This document shows positions 13,501-28,600 of a DNA stretch of 64,000 nt, in pieces. Each line of letters opens with the position of its first letter. Position 1 is the first letter of the stretch. Source of the stretch: Phoronis australis (Eukaryota; Animalia; Phoronida); NCBI GenBank assembly GCA_002633005.1, contig NMRA01000053.1, forward strand, positions 590,151 through 654,150, given 5' to 3'. The translations under genes were made by a program, and so were the position numbers. The notes beneath the pieces are model-generated. The model made no database searches and had not been told where the DNA came from. It was given only the letters and a program-made list of their open reading frames with translations.

Positions 13501-16500
13501 GATAGCACAAAATATAAAACGTGTAATAAGCATTACGGAAAGAAGTAGGTTTCGCGCGCAAACGCTGTGGACCATAAACAAGTAGGTCTTTTAGAATGGG
13601 ACTTGTAGTTAATCGTGGTGGTGTAGTGGTAACGCACGCGCTCGCTATTCGCTAGGTCGTGAGTTCGAGTCTCTGCTACGTTCAGTTTTTCCTGTTTGAC
13701 ACGTTCTCCGTGTTTTGTTTTTTTTCCTTTTTTTTCTTGGATAATACTTCAGGAATCAAGGAAAGTGCTTGATTTTTAGAGGTAAAAACAGAAAAATTTT
13801 CTGAGCGGGAGGGGGGCAAACCCCCCTCCCGACCTCCCCCCATTCGGTGCTATGCGCATCTACAATCGTGGTGCAGTTTGCGCAAATGCTTACAGCCGGA
13901 CAAAATGTTGGGCCCCCCCCTTGTGATATCCTAGATCCGCCACTGCAGAACTATTGTAAAACGTTGAAATGCGCCCACGGCAACACCGCAAACAGTATGG
14001 CTTTAGAACTGTTCATTATTAACATCATGTAATTTTCAAAAAAATATCACTCGAGGGCAAAGCATAAGCCACTTTCACACGTGTGTGTGGCTATTCATTG
14101 CATACCCATCATTCATAACTAGGGACTACGGAATGGAACTGACTGGTGATTGTGTCGCAAACAAATTTACACGGATGTTGCTAGTTGTTTGGAGAATGCG
14201 CAGTATAGATTTCGCCTAAAACACACTAAAACAATGTTATCCTTAAAATAAGGTTGTATAAACCAAACCATTTTTAGGAGTTAAATGGAATAATTTTCTG
14301 AACCTGATATCTAACAATGGATGCTTCATTATCCCAAAACTCTTACGACGAAATTGCTGTGAAATTATCTTTCAAGCTTTGTTGGTCATCCATAAAGAGA
14401 GGAGTTGGGAGTGTGTTGCCCATTTTTTAAATGTATTACTGTACAGAACAGAGAGCAAAGACATCATGCATGGAAACGTTTTTGTGACTAAAGCTCTAGC
14501 CATGACCAAATATCGACACTTCTAATCATGACTAACGTTCTAGTCACGTCGAATTGCATGAGTGCATTTGAATAGATTTAGTCACATTTTAGTCATATCC
14601 TTTGCATAATTGGGACGTATTAAAGCTCTAGCCATGACTGGAGCTCTAATCATTACTAGCTTTATGTCATAGACTAAAGCGTTATCCATGACTAGAAATT
14701 TTGACAGTTAAGTCCTCGACAAGGGTCTTAGTACGTACAGATTATGCAAATGAAGTGACTAAACGTGACTAATTCTGTTCAAATGCAGTCATGCACAGTC
14801 GATAGTCTCATTTTAGTCATGACTAATATGTGACTAATATGTGACTAATTTGCGACTAATAACTTACCAAAATTTTACTGACCTAGGTTAAGGATGGACA
14901 ATGAAAATCCCAATCAATTACCTCTTTTATTGCAAAACTATTGTGTTGTTCAGTAATTTTAAAGTTTTGGACCCAGCTGAGTGAAACTAAAATGATTAAA
15001 CAGACACAATAATAGCAATTAGGAAACATTTATGCTGTAGATTACAAAGCGCCTCGAAAACTGATACCTGGCAACGGGCCTGGTCAATCGTAATCCTGTT
15101 CAACTACCCGACCGTATTGCATAGCTTAGCGGATGACCGACAAACGCAAAAAACCTCTCTCATTTCCAGGTTGTACAAACACAAAACAAAAATCGCGTCC
15201 ACCCAAACAGTATTTAGGAGAATTTTACAAATATTTTGCCATAAGCATACGACTGTAGAGAATCAAAGTAAACAATGCCCCTTCGAGAGTACTAATGGTA
15301 TGTCTCGTGCGCTCCCATCGACTTTTGATGCTTCTGGGCATGTGTATTGAGAATGTGAACGGACTATATTCAGTGATTTCAGTTTTAAAGTTTGACACGA
15401 GAAAGGCACTGTGTAAAGAAGAAACGTTCATTCTAACTTACGTATACATGACCAGAGTCTTCAAGTTTGTATACCGTTCCGACTTCGCCAGCACCACCAT
15501 CTTGGTTTCCCCATTTCCAATCCGGGCCTGAAAGAAATAATCGGTTTAATGAGGGCCAGCTACCATTTGAATGTGTTGATCAGTGCTCTAGGATAAATGT
15601 TTTTCAAAAATGGCTTCAAACTTTTTGAATCACTTGCATTTTTCACAAAAAACGTAATTAAGACTAAGAGGATACAAAGTAACACGAATCTAACCACTTC
15701 CTTCAATACAGACACATAATGAGTCATTCACATGAATGGGGTTGAAGTCACGAGATAAACCGCCCGTGTTACACTCACCTCTTTTAACTTTAATCCCAAC
15801 CTTTGGGAAAGGATCGTTGGGATCAGCGACACGAGGATCATTTGTAGTCATGATGTCAAATTTATTGTTCCTTCCGAAATCATAACGGCGCTGTTTACCA
15901 GTTATATCCCACTCAACGGTGATGCTTTCTATAAATAATGTACAGTGTAGCTTATTCGATGACACTAGGCAAAAGCAAATGCAGCCTGTTTCACAAAAAT
16001 GTAACCTGTGTACGACTTACGCAAAAGTCGTCTGCTTAGGGTGTAAGGATTCGTGGGTAATTGACCTATCGCCACGATTTTGAGTGACAGCTTAACTAAC
16101 CAATCGGAACGCAGCATTATTGACACACCTTCGTTTCCAAGCCGCCATTTTACCCGTCAAACAACACGTCGTCAGGTAAAACCTATTGTTTGTCGACTTT
16201 AGTCAAGTGGGCGGAGCTTGCAATAGGTCAATTGGTGAAAACTGGTGGTTAACGGGCAAGCGAGAAACTCCTAACTTAACGTTCGAATGGAAAAAAGGAT
16301 ACTCCGGTGGACTTTGAGCATTTGCAGGGATCGCCAAATATGCGTCATTTGAAGGGTCCTAAAGCCAGTTGCATGAAACAGAACCAATAGGTACACAACT
16401 ATGTGTCCTAAATTTTCAGAGCATTTGTAGGCTTTTTCACTCACTAATGTTATGAATTTCTATTACTTTACCTTTTACCACATCTTCCAATAACATTATT

Positions 16501-19500
16501 TCATTGAAAATAAATGACCAAGTCCTTAAATTAAGTCCGTTGAATGAAACGATCCCCGTTTATTTTGTATAATATCTTAATATCCTTAAAAGAATTCGAG
16601 ATAGTGTTTAATTTCCCTATATATTTCTGAAAGCAAAAACAAGCAAAAATAACAGAAAAAAAGACAACCAGTGCTTTCACAAAGTCCACAAATGCACTAA
16701 AACTTAGGAAACACAAGAGAGTCATTATTGGAAATGTTCCATGCAACCGAGCACAAAAAGCTTCACATCCCTTCCCGTATGAGGTTTACTCGTTTTGGCG
16801 AGAGTTGCAAGTTTGGGCTCACGCTCCCGTTTCAACTGTGTGTGAAACACGTGTAGAAGCTATGATACTTCACTGTAAAAGGACACTGGTCTTTTCAAAG
16901 TTTGCTAATTTGAAAATACAAAATTAATGGTGACTTCTGTGATCGGTAGTATCAAATTTGAAGTGTTGAAAATACTAAGTGGAACGTAACTCTATAAATA
17001 TAATGAAAAATTAACTAATAATTGAAAACATTGCGTATGCAACTGAGTAGCTCGGATGAGACGTGCAACATCAAAAGCACGACATCGAACATCTAGGCCA
17101 CGTAAAACTTAAGAGAGTAAAATTTGAAATTATCGGGGTAATTCCAAATTTAACTAGAAAAGCTCACAGAAGTGTTCGCAAACAAACCGTCTGGGTGATG
17201 TTTCACAACTGTTCCAGTACCGAGGTGCTCTGAGTTATTTTTGTCGTCTCCGACGTAAACTACACGACTCCCTAACGGAAGATCTGAATTCAACTCCCTC
17301 ACGTCTTCGTTTCGGTCTTCACCCTTAGAACCTCCATCCTCATAAGCTATGGCTATCACTACCTTGTAACATTCATCCTGTGAATAGAATATTTAATAAC
17401 GAATGAAGTAACTGGATCGGTTAAGTAATTGTAGCAGTCACGATGCAAGATGGGTTAGGGCGATTGCTCTTTCATTTTGAAGTTGTATAATGTGTCACAC
17501 TGAGTTCATGGAAGAAATTTGCAACGAAAAAATGACCCCAACCCCGAATTAGATCTTGAAACATCAGAATCTCATTTTAGTAGTGCATCTCAAAGAAACG
17601 CGGTTTGAGCATCAAAATACATGTATATAATTTGGGAAACAGTGTTCGGTCATTTGTGAATCCAAACAGCACCCCAATGTCTGCCGCAAGTGGGGTTAGA
17701 AATGGCTGCCATGATAAATAAACCATAACAATGGTTATGTTAAATGGAAATCGTTACACCACTAACGGAAACTATGGGCGAAACTTATAAATTGCAATAT
17801 AGGCGTTGATAATTAAATACAAAGCTTATGGTGCTTTTTTTGTAGAGATGGTCATGTCAACTTGAATACGTCTTTCAGGCATTCATAGTGTACTAATTCT
17901 TGACAGAATCTCGAAGCTTTTGGTTCTTCTGTCCAAAATAGTTGACCAGGCAACGCCACACTCCACGCACAAAACACGGAATTTGGCCCAGGTAAAACCA
18001 CATCAGTGAATGCAACCTGCTCTTTTCAGATGCTAATAAAGAGCAGTCTCAGTTCGTGAAATGATTTCTGTAGACCCCAATTCCTGGGTTCGTTAAAAAT
18101 ACCTGGTTCACACACTTAATTTGTCCATTCGCAGCACAAATCATGGGTCATGAAAACATGTTATTACAAAGAATGTCTCAATGTACAAGCTTCTTTCAAG
18201 CTTACGTTTGACTACCCATACATGGAAAGGTGCGTCATTTTGCCATTCATTTCACCCCAGTAGCTAACGACTTTTCGCGTGGGTCTCCTGTTGAATATTT
18301 CTGAGTATGCCAGTGCCTCTGGTCTGACTAGCAGAGAGATAGATTATTAAAACATTGATTTCTGGGTTATATCACTGAATCTGAATTTTGACATGCTTAA
18401 GAGAAATGAAGATAGTGGTCGCCTAAAAAGTCGGACCCCAATCAATGTGCTAAATACACTGGTACCCATTTCAAGAATCGGCAACCGATTCCGATATTCG
18501 CGAAACATTCCTTTAGGAAAAGTCAGTGAAAATTTCCGACGGCCCAAAAATGCGAATTGTTGCCTTTGTGACTGAACATGATATTTACGTAAATTGAAGA
18601 AGAAGCGGGTGTCTGCTAGCTTGCGTGTGGATGGTTTGATCTGTTCAATATTTCTGAAGACATATTAGCTCCATGTTACAATAACTCCTTCTTGTGCTTG
18701 TGATGAAGACGTTTGCACCTATTGTCAAGTTACATGGTATCGAATAATGAGATAAATATACACCGCTTCTCCTTGTAAATTGGTAGTTTTGGATTTAACC
18801 ATTTCAGAAGCTCTTCATGGGATTTTAAAGCAACTACAAGCCACCCTTTTGTCGTAGGGAATGAAATTGGAGGTCATTTCTGAACTTGGAAAGAATTGAC
18901 AGACAGCTGGTGCTCGAGATCGGACATGGTCTCAAGGAATGAGGTCTCTTTTCTTGCTGAGCCCAGACATCACTATCTCATCCAAACTAAGGGCTCTAGC
19001 TGAAACCCGTTTTAAAACACTAAATGTCTTAAACTACAGTCAATGTACCGACGGGAGGTGATATTGCACCAGCTTTAAAGGAAGACGCGCGAGGAATCTC
19101 ACAGAAAAGGAGCCCAGGGTGGAAAATCAGTCATTCAGTGTAGTTTTACAGACCACTTCTATAAAGTAAAAGCAAAAGATACCGAGAGTCTTAGTTTTGA
19201 TTGAATGACAGTCTGAGAATCCTTGAAAAATGACAGACACCTAGCCGTTGATAGTAAAATGTTGGCATGGATCATTACCCACAACAATCTTACCAGCTCC
19301 ACAGGATCGTCTACGTCGAGAAGTTTTCTTGATTCTTCTGCATCATTGGTTATCAACCAGTTTTTGAAACTCAACTTGTCCGGCACCAAGTCAAGGATGT
19401 TAGCTTTGTCTGAAGCACAAATTTGTTAATCATAATGTGTCACAATGCGGTATAGTAACAGTTTTAACCCCTGTTCACATACTCGGATAAATCTGCATTG

Positions 19501-22500
19501 ACTTTGTACGCGACAATCGGGTTGTGTTGAGACAGTAGCGCAAAACTTGCAGACGACGTTTGCTGACTGAACAAACGTTGGACCGGTATCGACCATGTTG
19601 CACTACAACCTACAGGTGGTATATGACTTAAAGGCGAAGGCAACCCAGTACGCAGCAACAGCGTGGCATGCTGACTGACTCGTAAGCAAAAGCAAACGAC
19701 GACCGAACTTATCACAACCGAGGTAGAACAATGACTGACTCGACTGCTCTCACAGTCAGACTATATGAAAAGAAATTGGCGCGAAATTCTTGCCTCCCAA
19801 AACGTCACTTCCGGAGTAGACGACGAGTAATTAATTAAGTTACGAAAAGCAGTAAATAAGTGAAAAATATGTCTGGGATAATCAACGAACCTTATTTTTG
19901 CTAAAAATGGCATGAAAAAAGGTTGCCTTTGCCTTTAAAGCTGGAAAAGTCGTGTCGGTCTACTACTCTACCTACTTGGCCTATTTGAGCAACACTCGAT
20001 TTTTAAGCCACATATGCAAAATCGAGTGTGTAGACAGGGTGAATGAGGAAGTGGTGGAATAACATTAAAGTCATTCATTAAAAAATGATTACAGTTAAAC
20101 CTTTTAAAGCCAAATACTAGTCTTGAACTGATTGTTAATAAACGCTGCGTCGACTAGTGGAGGGTCTCAATCACAACTATAAACTGATAATCAGTTGAAA
20201 GCATTTCATGGGTTCAAAACACAATTTTATTAATCATTTGACTGTTTAGCAAACGGTTCCCAGAGACCCCATTTATGTCAAATGTACGTTTATTGAAAAT
20301 CCAGCAGATAAAAATAACTAAAAAGGACAGTAAAATTGTCCATCCCATTAACATATATCATCACCACATTAATTGCTGAAATAAAACAATGTCGTGGAAA
20401 ATCCGCAAACCATCAAAAGTTAAGGAGTTTGAAAACTTCTTAAAGAGGGGTTAAATGGGCCAAATGACTTTGAGCATGACAAATTTATGCATTATTTGTC
20501 AACTCAAGCGTGTCATGTCTTCTTTTATTGCTGAAATTAACTAATTACGTTAATTACTACCACACAATCCCACCAGGAGCCCCATTTAATGCCGAAAAAT
20601 TAGGTGGGGCTCGTACTAATCGAAGCAAATTACGTCATCTTTGTGACACGAGACGTGCAGGCCTTTGACACAAGAAAACTCACAACACGATGACGGGTGC
20701 ACATTTCAAATGGCAGAATTTCAAAACTACGTCCATCAGAGACAATTTTTTTATTTATATACATTAACACAGATCTTGCTACTTAAAACGGGCATAGAAC
20801 ATCCGACGGAGTCACAGTGCCCCAGTAGCGTGGCGTTGACAAAGTCAGTGGTGAGATCCCGGTGGGGGCCACTCGGACGTACTCAAAATAACATCAAAGA
20901 CTTATTCTCTACTTAAGACATCGGGCTCAAGGGACTAAAAATGGACTGTTGTTCAAATAGCCCTTGTGGGCAGAGTAAAGTAATTGATTGTTTACTGTCC
21001 CAACCGGGTTCAGTTGTTCACGCTATGGCTAGTCTAGAAGTGTGCTGTCTCACAAGATGGTGTGATGGAGGCGAGGGGGGTTACCGATGGGGGACAAAAT
21101 GTGTTGTAATTAATTAGTGGTTTAGTGGAATAAAACGAAACAAAGATATGATGCACAAATGTACATGTATTTAACATCCCTAAAGGCACTTGTCTCATTT
21201 TATCCCCACTTTAATTAGCAAACGTGAGCAAATTAATTGACTGTTGGGGTGAAATACCACCAACATTGAAATACGTATTCCTTGTGGTTTAATGGAAGGA
21301 CAGTGACTCAGATGAAAAATGAGTTTATTACGCAGAAATTCACAAGAAACATCAAGAAATAATAAAAAACTTTTACACCTACCTCTAAATGGTCTCGTAA
21401 ATCGACTGGCATAATAATTCCATCTGTAGTAACCACTGATTTGTTTGAGTGCATCAACGTCATTGTATCGTGCGTACACTCCGTTACCATTTTGTGCCAG
21501 TGACTTCAGAAACGACTTAAAATAAAACGTTAAATAAATAATAATCCGGTCAGTTTATGACCAACAACAATCCGATTCACAATGAATTGAGACAAACAAT
21601 TTTACAATAATTTTATCATATGATGGTTATATGTTAAACTCTACTAAAAGTTGACCACCGGAAAGATGCTAAACCTGTGTAATTTTTAAAATGACTGCCA
21701 CAGCTTCTAGAAACCACTAAGCAGCTGTAACTCATGAAATAATTGTGAAAAAACCTGATAGAAAGATTGTAGTGTTGAAGAACGCGTAACCCATTTGTAA
21801 CGCTAAAAATCAGACCACAGCACAGGTCCAATCTTCTTACCCGAAATCAAACTCTAAGTTATTTTAGGCATATTTTTCTACTTTTCTCAAGATATGTGTC
21901 TATTATTGCGTGCCCCGTGCACATTATACATAGGTGTTTTTAGTCCAAATTTGCACTTCATGACCTTTACAGCAACAAACTCGAGTGAAAACTCAAAATT
22001 CCGAGTTCAAACTCGTAGGCCATAGTCCCAGCTTACCTATCTTTCACGCCCTTATCTATTTCAAAGTGTCAACAAGAACTTTGGATCATGCTTTTCCAGA
22101 TGTTCAAACGTCATTTTCAGCTAAGTTACCAATAATACACTGGCACGTTTAGCACAAATATTAATTTCAAAGTTGGAAAAAAAATCAAATATTTTGCTAG
22201 ACACTAGGTGTCAGTGCAGAATGATCAGAAGAGCCAATGAAACCACAGGAGAGTATTGTGTCAGTGTCATTTCTACTATGTCTGCTCCCTGAACCACTGT
22301 GCTTCTTGAACCAAACACGAGTTTTGTGCCAACTGTGACACTGATGAGAAGATGAATTACTGTACGAGTGTATGAATTATTAACACAGCAATAGACTGTC
22401 AGGAGTTCTGCCCGCTGCTTCATTCATATCTAGGAAATTACTCACAATCCTGAGCTTCTTAGTTCCATTTATGAATTGTTTACAACCCAGATATAATGCT

Positions 22501-22557
22501 TTGCGATTTCTGTTTTTTGTCAATATTTCTTTGTATGTTCTGTGTATTCTTCAATAA

Positions 22558-22621
<64 letters not shown>

Positions 22622-25600
22622 CACTTTAATCCTGAGCTTCTGGAACTTACAGACATGGCCGGAAATCTGAGTCAACTAAGGCTACTGATTTTGAAAACAA
22701 ATGGATCCCTGAGTGTAAGGAAATTTTCATTTCTGAAAAGTTTTATTTTTGTGACAAAATAGAACTAATCTATCACAAACAGTCAGTGTTCATTGGTGTC
22801 ACGAAAATTGAAAGACCTTAAACAAGGAAGAAAGAGCGAGCTTATCGAAGAATTACTGAATTAACGCTGAGTCCTGTACTACTAGTAGTAGAAAACCAAG
22901 GAAGTTGCCAGTTCCATTGAACAGTGCTCAAAGAAAGAGGCCTATGCTGCACCATTTGTCAGAAAACGATGGTGGTCACAACTTACAAGCAACCACACAA
23001 ATACAAGCCAAAAGGAAATATGAAAACGTTTCCAAATTTGAAACATTACCTGGTCCTCATTTTGGAAATTTGCACTGAAGTGGCAGTTCCAAACTCAAAG
23101 GCACTGGCGGCAGATTTTACTAATGTGTAAGTGATCAGTATTGTTTTTTTTCTGAACTCCCATGTAGGGGGCGCAGCTTTCGAGCCCCAAAATTCAATTT
23201 CTTGCTCATGTCATTTTAATAAGAATAAGTCATTTTAAATAATAAGTTGTTCTTCAATTTTAGCTCAGATTTTTGAGTACCAAATTTTGTAGGCTGTCAT
23301 GAATTGGAGATTTTTTAGTGTAGACTGGAAGATGTTTATTCTTCCAGCTACCCACCTTATAACAGGGGATGCGTCGAAATGCTACAGTAAACGTTTTCCA
23401 ATTTCACACAAACACTATTTCCAAAACGACGCCGAACCCTTTGTATGCAAGCTCTACGGTGACTCATCACCTACAGTTAAGAAGCATGTTACCACATATT
23501 CAGGTTGAAATCAGTGATGGAATCACCTTTACCTCCTAATCAGGATTATTTGCTGTTACGTGCCAAACCAGCAAACGGGATGGCTGTTGGAACACAACAC
23601 GGTAATATGAAATTTCTGACTCTGCCATTAACCCCAGAACAAGTCATGAAAAATAAATTGCAAATATAAATGTAAAAATGTGACTGGTGCGAAAATGTGC
23701 TTTTGTTTGAAGTCAGGCATACCGTGTTCCTAGCTGTGTGACTGTCGGAGTGAATAACACGGTTTCTTAAAACAAATTTGTTCACGATAGTGATGATGTT
23801 GATGAAGCCACTTGGGAAGTGTACGCTATGTTGTTAAAAATTTAAAAACTGTAACATTATGGAAACATTGACAACATTCTGTCGTGCTCACTGTTTGTTC
23901 ACTGTGACTGTGAAAACTGTATTCAGTGTCTGTTCTACGAGCTTGTTGAGAATGAGCGATGTGGATTATGAGAATTATGACAACATTACAATGGAAGTGG
24001 TGATGGTTAATTCAATGAAGAAGCATTAGAAATTTTAAGTTATCCATATTTCGATTTAGATATCACATCTTCGTCTTGTTCCAAATGGTTTAAATGTTGC
24101 TCTTTTGATATGAGCTCAGAATACAATAGTGTTTTGGGCCAACAGGAGTCGTGGCTGAAATATTTTTTTCTTTTTAACACTTGTTCTGAGTAACTTTATA
24201 ATACTGATGATTTTTCTTGCCTAGTAACTTCAAATGAACAAAACCAAATCATTTAAAACTAAAGCACATTTAGTTAATTGTCTTCCGTTCTGTCAAGGAT
24301 GTTAAAGCGGCTGTAAACACACAATCCGTCCCTTAGACTAATTAGTATCAATCAATCTGCTCCTTACACAGATGTGGATCTAAGAATTTGAGGTAGAGTG
24401 TGCCAATATCAATGATCTGTGTTTGTACGTAACTTCATCAAGCAACAGAGTTTTCTGACGACACGTGTTTAAGGTAAACGTCTACCCTCATCCCCAGTTA
24501 TCTCATTTCTTCAATATAGCTTTTCAAATCTTAATTTTTAACTTGGCCACAGTCACATCATTTACAAGTCGAATGAACAGTGAACTGTAAAATGGAACAT
24601 TATCAATGCTCAAAACACCACAATAGCGACGAGATCGGGATTGCACCTTTACCTGAGGATCCTATCAAACCAGGTAATGCGTGGGAAAAGTGGCTTGGAA
24701 GTATGGAGTATCCAAATCACAAAACCTCAAGACGAAAAGGAAACTATCCTCACCACCCAAACTTCCCGTGTCCGGCAAAGGGTAAAACTTGTGGCATCTG
24801 TGGCAGGTTAAATAATTTTATTCACAAGTGCAGAAGTAATCCTCCAAACCAAATATGCTCAATCTCTAGAAATCGACAACCCTGACCGTTACTCGGAGTC
24901 ACGCGATGACTACTTGTTCGCAATGTCAAGCAAAGCTGCAGACCCACCGCTCTTTGACGTGTGTATTAACGACGTTACCCTGACCATTACGGCATATTCC
25001 GGTGCATCTACCAATGTTTTGAATAGAGTCGATTACCTCCAGCTGATCGGCCCTCCTGACCCATTACCTCACAAAACCATAATGCTTATCCCTATGTGCC
25101 AGTCAAACCTCTTACCGGCCTTTGGCGGGGGTTATGTAAGTGTGAACCAGTCATAGTCCGTGTAGACCTAGTTCTGAAACCAGTCATGCAACCACATCAC
25201 AAAATCCCATTTCATTTTCGCTAGAAAGTAGAAGATAAGTTCAATGAACTTGGCGATTCTGACATCATCAAGAAAGCAGAAGGTCCAACGACATGGACCT
25301 CACCAATCGTTATTGTACCCCAAGCCAATAACTCCGACGAGCATGTGAAGAATGTGTAGACATGCGAGCTGTCAACAAAGCCATCATCAGAGAACGCCAC
25401 ACAATCCCCACAATTTACGACGTTTTAGCTGACCTGAATGGGTGCAAGATATTCAGCAAAATTGCCTTTCTCCAAGTTGACCACCAGATTTTGCTTCACC
25501 CTGACTCTAGACACATTACAATATTTTTCACACATAAACACAGACCCGTGGCGATACAAGCGACTAAACTTTGGAATGTCCAGGTCAGCGGAAATTTTCC

Positions 25601-28600
25601 AAACGATCGATATCGAGACCAGAGCAAATACCCCTGGCATAAGAAACATCAGTGATGACATCAATGTAAGTGGCAGGAACCTCGAAGAATATGAAAAACG
25701 CCAGTGAGTTGTTTTAACTCGTCTTCCAGGGAAGTACATCCTAATCAATCCAACCAAATATGAGTTTCGCACAAAGTTCATGTTATTCTTTGGACATACG
25801 ATCTCTTCAGACGGACTTTTCCCAGATCCGAAGAAAGTAAACGAGTTTGAGTCACTTGAATCCCCAGCCAATGTATCTGATGTGAGAAGTCTGTTGATTT
25901 CTACGGCGTTCTGAGCCAGGTATATCAAGAATTTTGCCATTGTCACCCGACCACTCAGACTACTCACTCACCAAACCCAATCATGGGAATGGGGAGACAG
26001 TGAGGCAAATGCTTTTAATGACTTGAAACATGCATTACCAGAAAGCACCACGCTGGTCTAATTTGACCCCAATAAGGAGATAGTCATCTTGACAGATGGA
26101 AGCCCAATTATCATGGAAATAATCCTATTTCCCAGTGTACCCTGTCACTTGTGTAGTCTTCTGTTTCGTCTTAGAAGTTAAGAGACCATTCAACTGATGT
26201 TTTCTAAAAATTTTGAAGTAACAGACTTCGTCATCTGTTAGAAGATTTTACTTAGTTCGCTAAACTGCAAACAGGATTGACGAAACACAGTTGTCGAAAC
26301 TGAATCGAGGAAACACGATTCAGTTGACGACACTGAAATGCCGACAATGCATCAACGTAACGCAGTTGACGTGACAGAACGGAATCGACTGAACTGGTTT
26401 GACTAGGCCAAATGCCAAAGACGAAACAGGACTTTACAAAACACGATTGAATTGACGAAGTAGCATTATGTTTGCGATTTATGATAAAATTGATAACATG
26501 AGGTTGGTGAGTTGACATCGTAATCACGAAATGGCATAAACTAGAAAAAATGAAACCATTGAGTTGTCGTCTGATTCACGAAATAGCATTGGATTTGCAG
26601 CATCATAAGACTGAGTATGTTTTCTTGAATTGAATGTTCGATAGTAGCAATTTGTGCCTTTTGGGCTCCCCATAAAAAATCAACAAATACTGAGAATTTT
26701 GGGTGAGACCTTTGCAAAGCTTTTCCCCTAAGCAATTGAATGTGTCCAACAATTGCACTTGCAGTGGACTAGCATAAGCATGTAGTGACCTTTGCATTTA
26801 TGTCTCAATTATTGAAACTGTTTTTGTGATTTTGAAGAGTCGTGACAGTCGTCTTATTCAATTGCATTAATATCAAGATACGGGGCTACAAATCAAACTG
26901 TTGTCAAATTGTCAGTTTAACAATCTGTGCAGACTTTCAATGGATAACCTGTACCAAACTATTTGCAGTAAGCCAAACCATTTGCGCGAGTGACGACTTG
27001 CACAAATTGTTGCGTTTCAAATTTAGGATAAACTAGAACGTTGAATTAATTCTTCAGTCAATACGAAGACTGCCCTGCCTACTTCATCCGAACAAAGTCT
27101 AAAGTTACAATAAAATTGCAGTTTAAGATCAATTGCAGAGATATAGGAAATATATATTATGATGGTGAGCTGTTGTTTCCCATATCTAAACCACGAGTGG
27201 GATTTGAATGGTTTATTACCTCCGTGAGCAATAAATCCTCCAGATCTCACAATAGGTCTTAGTAAGAAAAATTGAGGTCGAAAACACTAACGATAATCCA
27301 TTTGAACTAATGTTTCTCATACAAATTTTACCTGTTCGTAGTCAGCTCCACACGCCACGATGTCTATTCGCATTTTGACAACGCCATGATGGTCAGATTT
27401 CTTAGCAAACACGCATACTGCGCTCATTACTCGCATCCGCGCCTGCGTGGAAGATGAAAAATAACACTTAAAATAGGGAGCGATATCACGTTACCGTTCA
27501 TTACTTCATTATCTAATACGCAAAACAAAAAGTACAAATTGTTCGTAATCGGTGTCCTTAGTTTGAATTTTGAGTTAATCGCCATTATTCGTGTGTTTTG
27601 ATTACATTAATTGTAAAAATCAGATTTGTCACTCGTCTTCGTTATCAGTCAAGGCTTTTGTTTTAAATTCTGATCGTCAGTGATTTCCATCAACCTTTGA
27701 GCAACAATTGTTCAAATTCAGAAATGCTCTTCAAGATGTGACTCTTCAAATGAAGGTACATTTTCATTTTTCTATTGTGAAAACGTCCTAATTTCATAAA
27801 AAAATGAACTTCAAAATCTTTCCCTGAGCCTAAGGAAAGCCGCCATCTTGGAGAAACCATATAGCCTAATATACATGTACACCTCAAATGTGTAACCTCG
27901 AACACTTGATACCTTTCTCTTGATTACCACAGTACTGCATTCGTCTGCACCTTCTCTACCTGACCTGCACAGTCCTACTGGCTGAGTGAAAGTCACGTGT
28001 CTTTCAGAATTAGCAGCAATGTAATGATGAAATTGAAAATGACTGCCAAATCCGTGTTCCCGTCAGATCTTTGCACATCATTATCTAGCTAGAAAGCGTG
28101 GAATGTACTTTTACTATAATTTCTATCTGCTGTATGCCCCTCCTACATGTATGAAAGTAATGACACAGGAAGGAGTACGCATACGATCGTGCTTGGTGTA
28201 GAATACTTAAGATTTTGGAGTTAAAATTATTCTAAAAATCAGAATTTTTTTTAGGTGTAAAACCCACCTGCATTTGAACACATAAAGAGGACAAGTTTAG
28301 AAAAACGTACGCTTTGCGACTTTGATCTGTCGTCGGTGACGACGTCATCATTATGAGGGTATCCATCACTAAAGACCACTATGCGGGATGGCACTCTTCG
28401 GCCGCACAATACAAGCTTTCCACCTAAAACGCAGGAATCTACGTTACAATTCAAACGCTGAATGGACAGTTAGGCTGCTAACATCATGCATGAATGAATG
28501 AATGAATGAATGAATTTATATCAGATTTTCAGTTCTTATGTATCGTTGCAGTACGCCCATCCTGGAATGAAATCTCTTTTTTGTTGAGGTAGAAAAAAAC

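Noticed and set aside
13613-13682. tRNA genes here and at ~40870-40930 and ~42820-42890
   Set aside because: A/B-box-like motifs only; no convincing cloverleaf, and at least the first two lie inside repeats, so treated as tRNA-derived.
12863-17377. Naming the gene MIB1/MIB2 or HERC2
   Set aside because: It shares only the MIB/HERC2 repeats; no ZZ, ankyrin, RING, RCC1 or HECT domains were seen.
17940-19150. Moderately GC-rich stretch with short ORFs
   Set aside because: No recognisable motif in any frame and not required by the gene model; probably an old repeat.
26250-26480. Spaced short repeats (gacgaaac/actgaatcga), also ~39110-39300
   Set aside because: Degenerate minisatellite-like tracts without constant repeats and unique spacers, and no cas genes; not CRISPR.
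27912-27996. Candidate exon FTQPVGLCRSG..KRK
   Set aside because: Exon 27332-27442 fits phase and VWA motifs directly; this one has no family signal.
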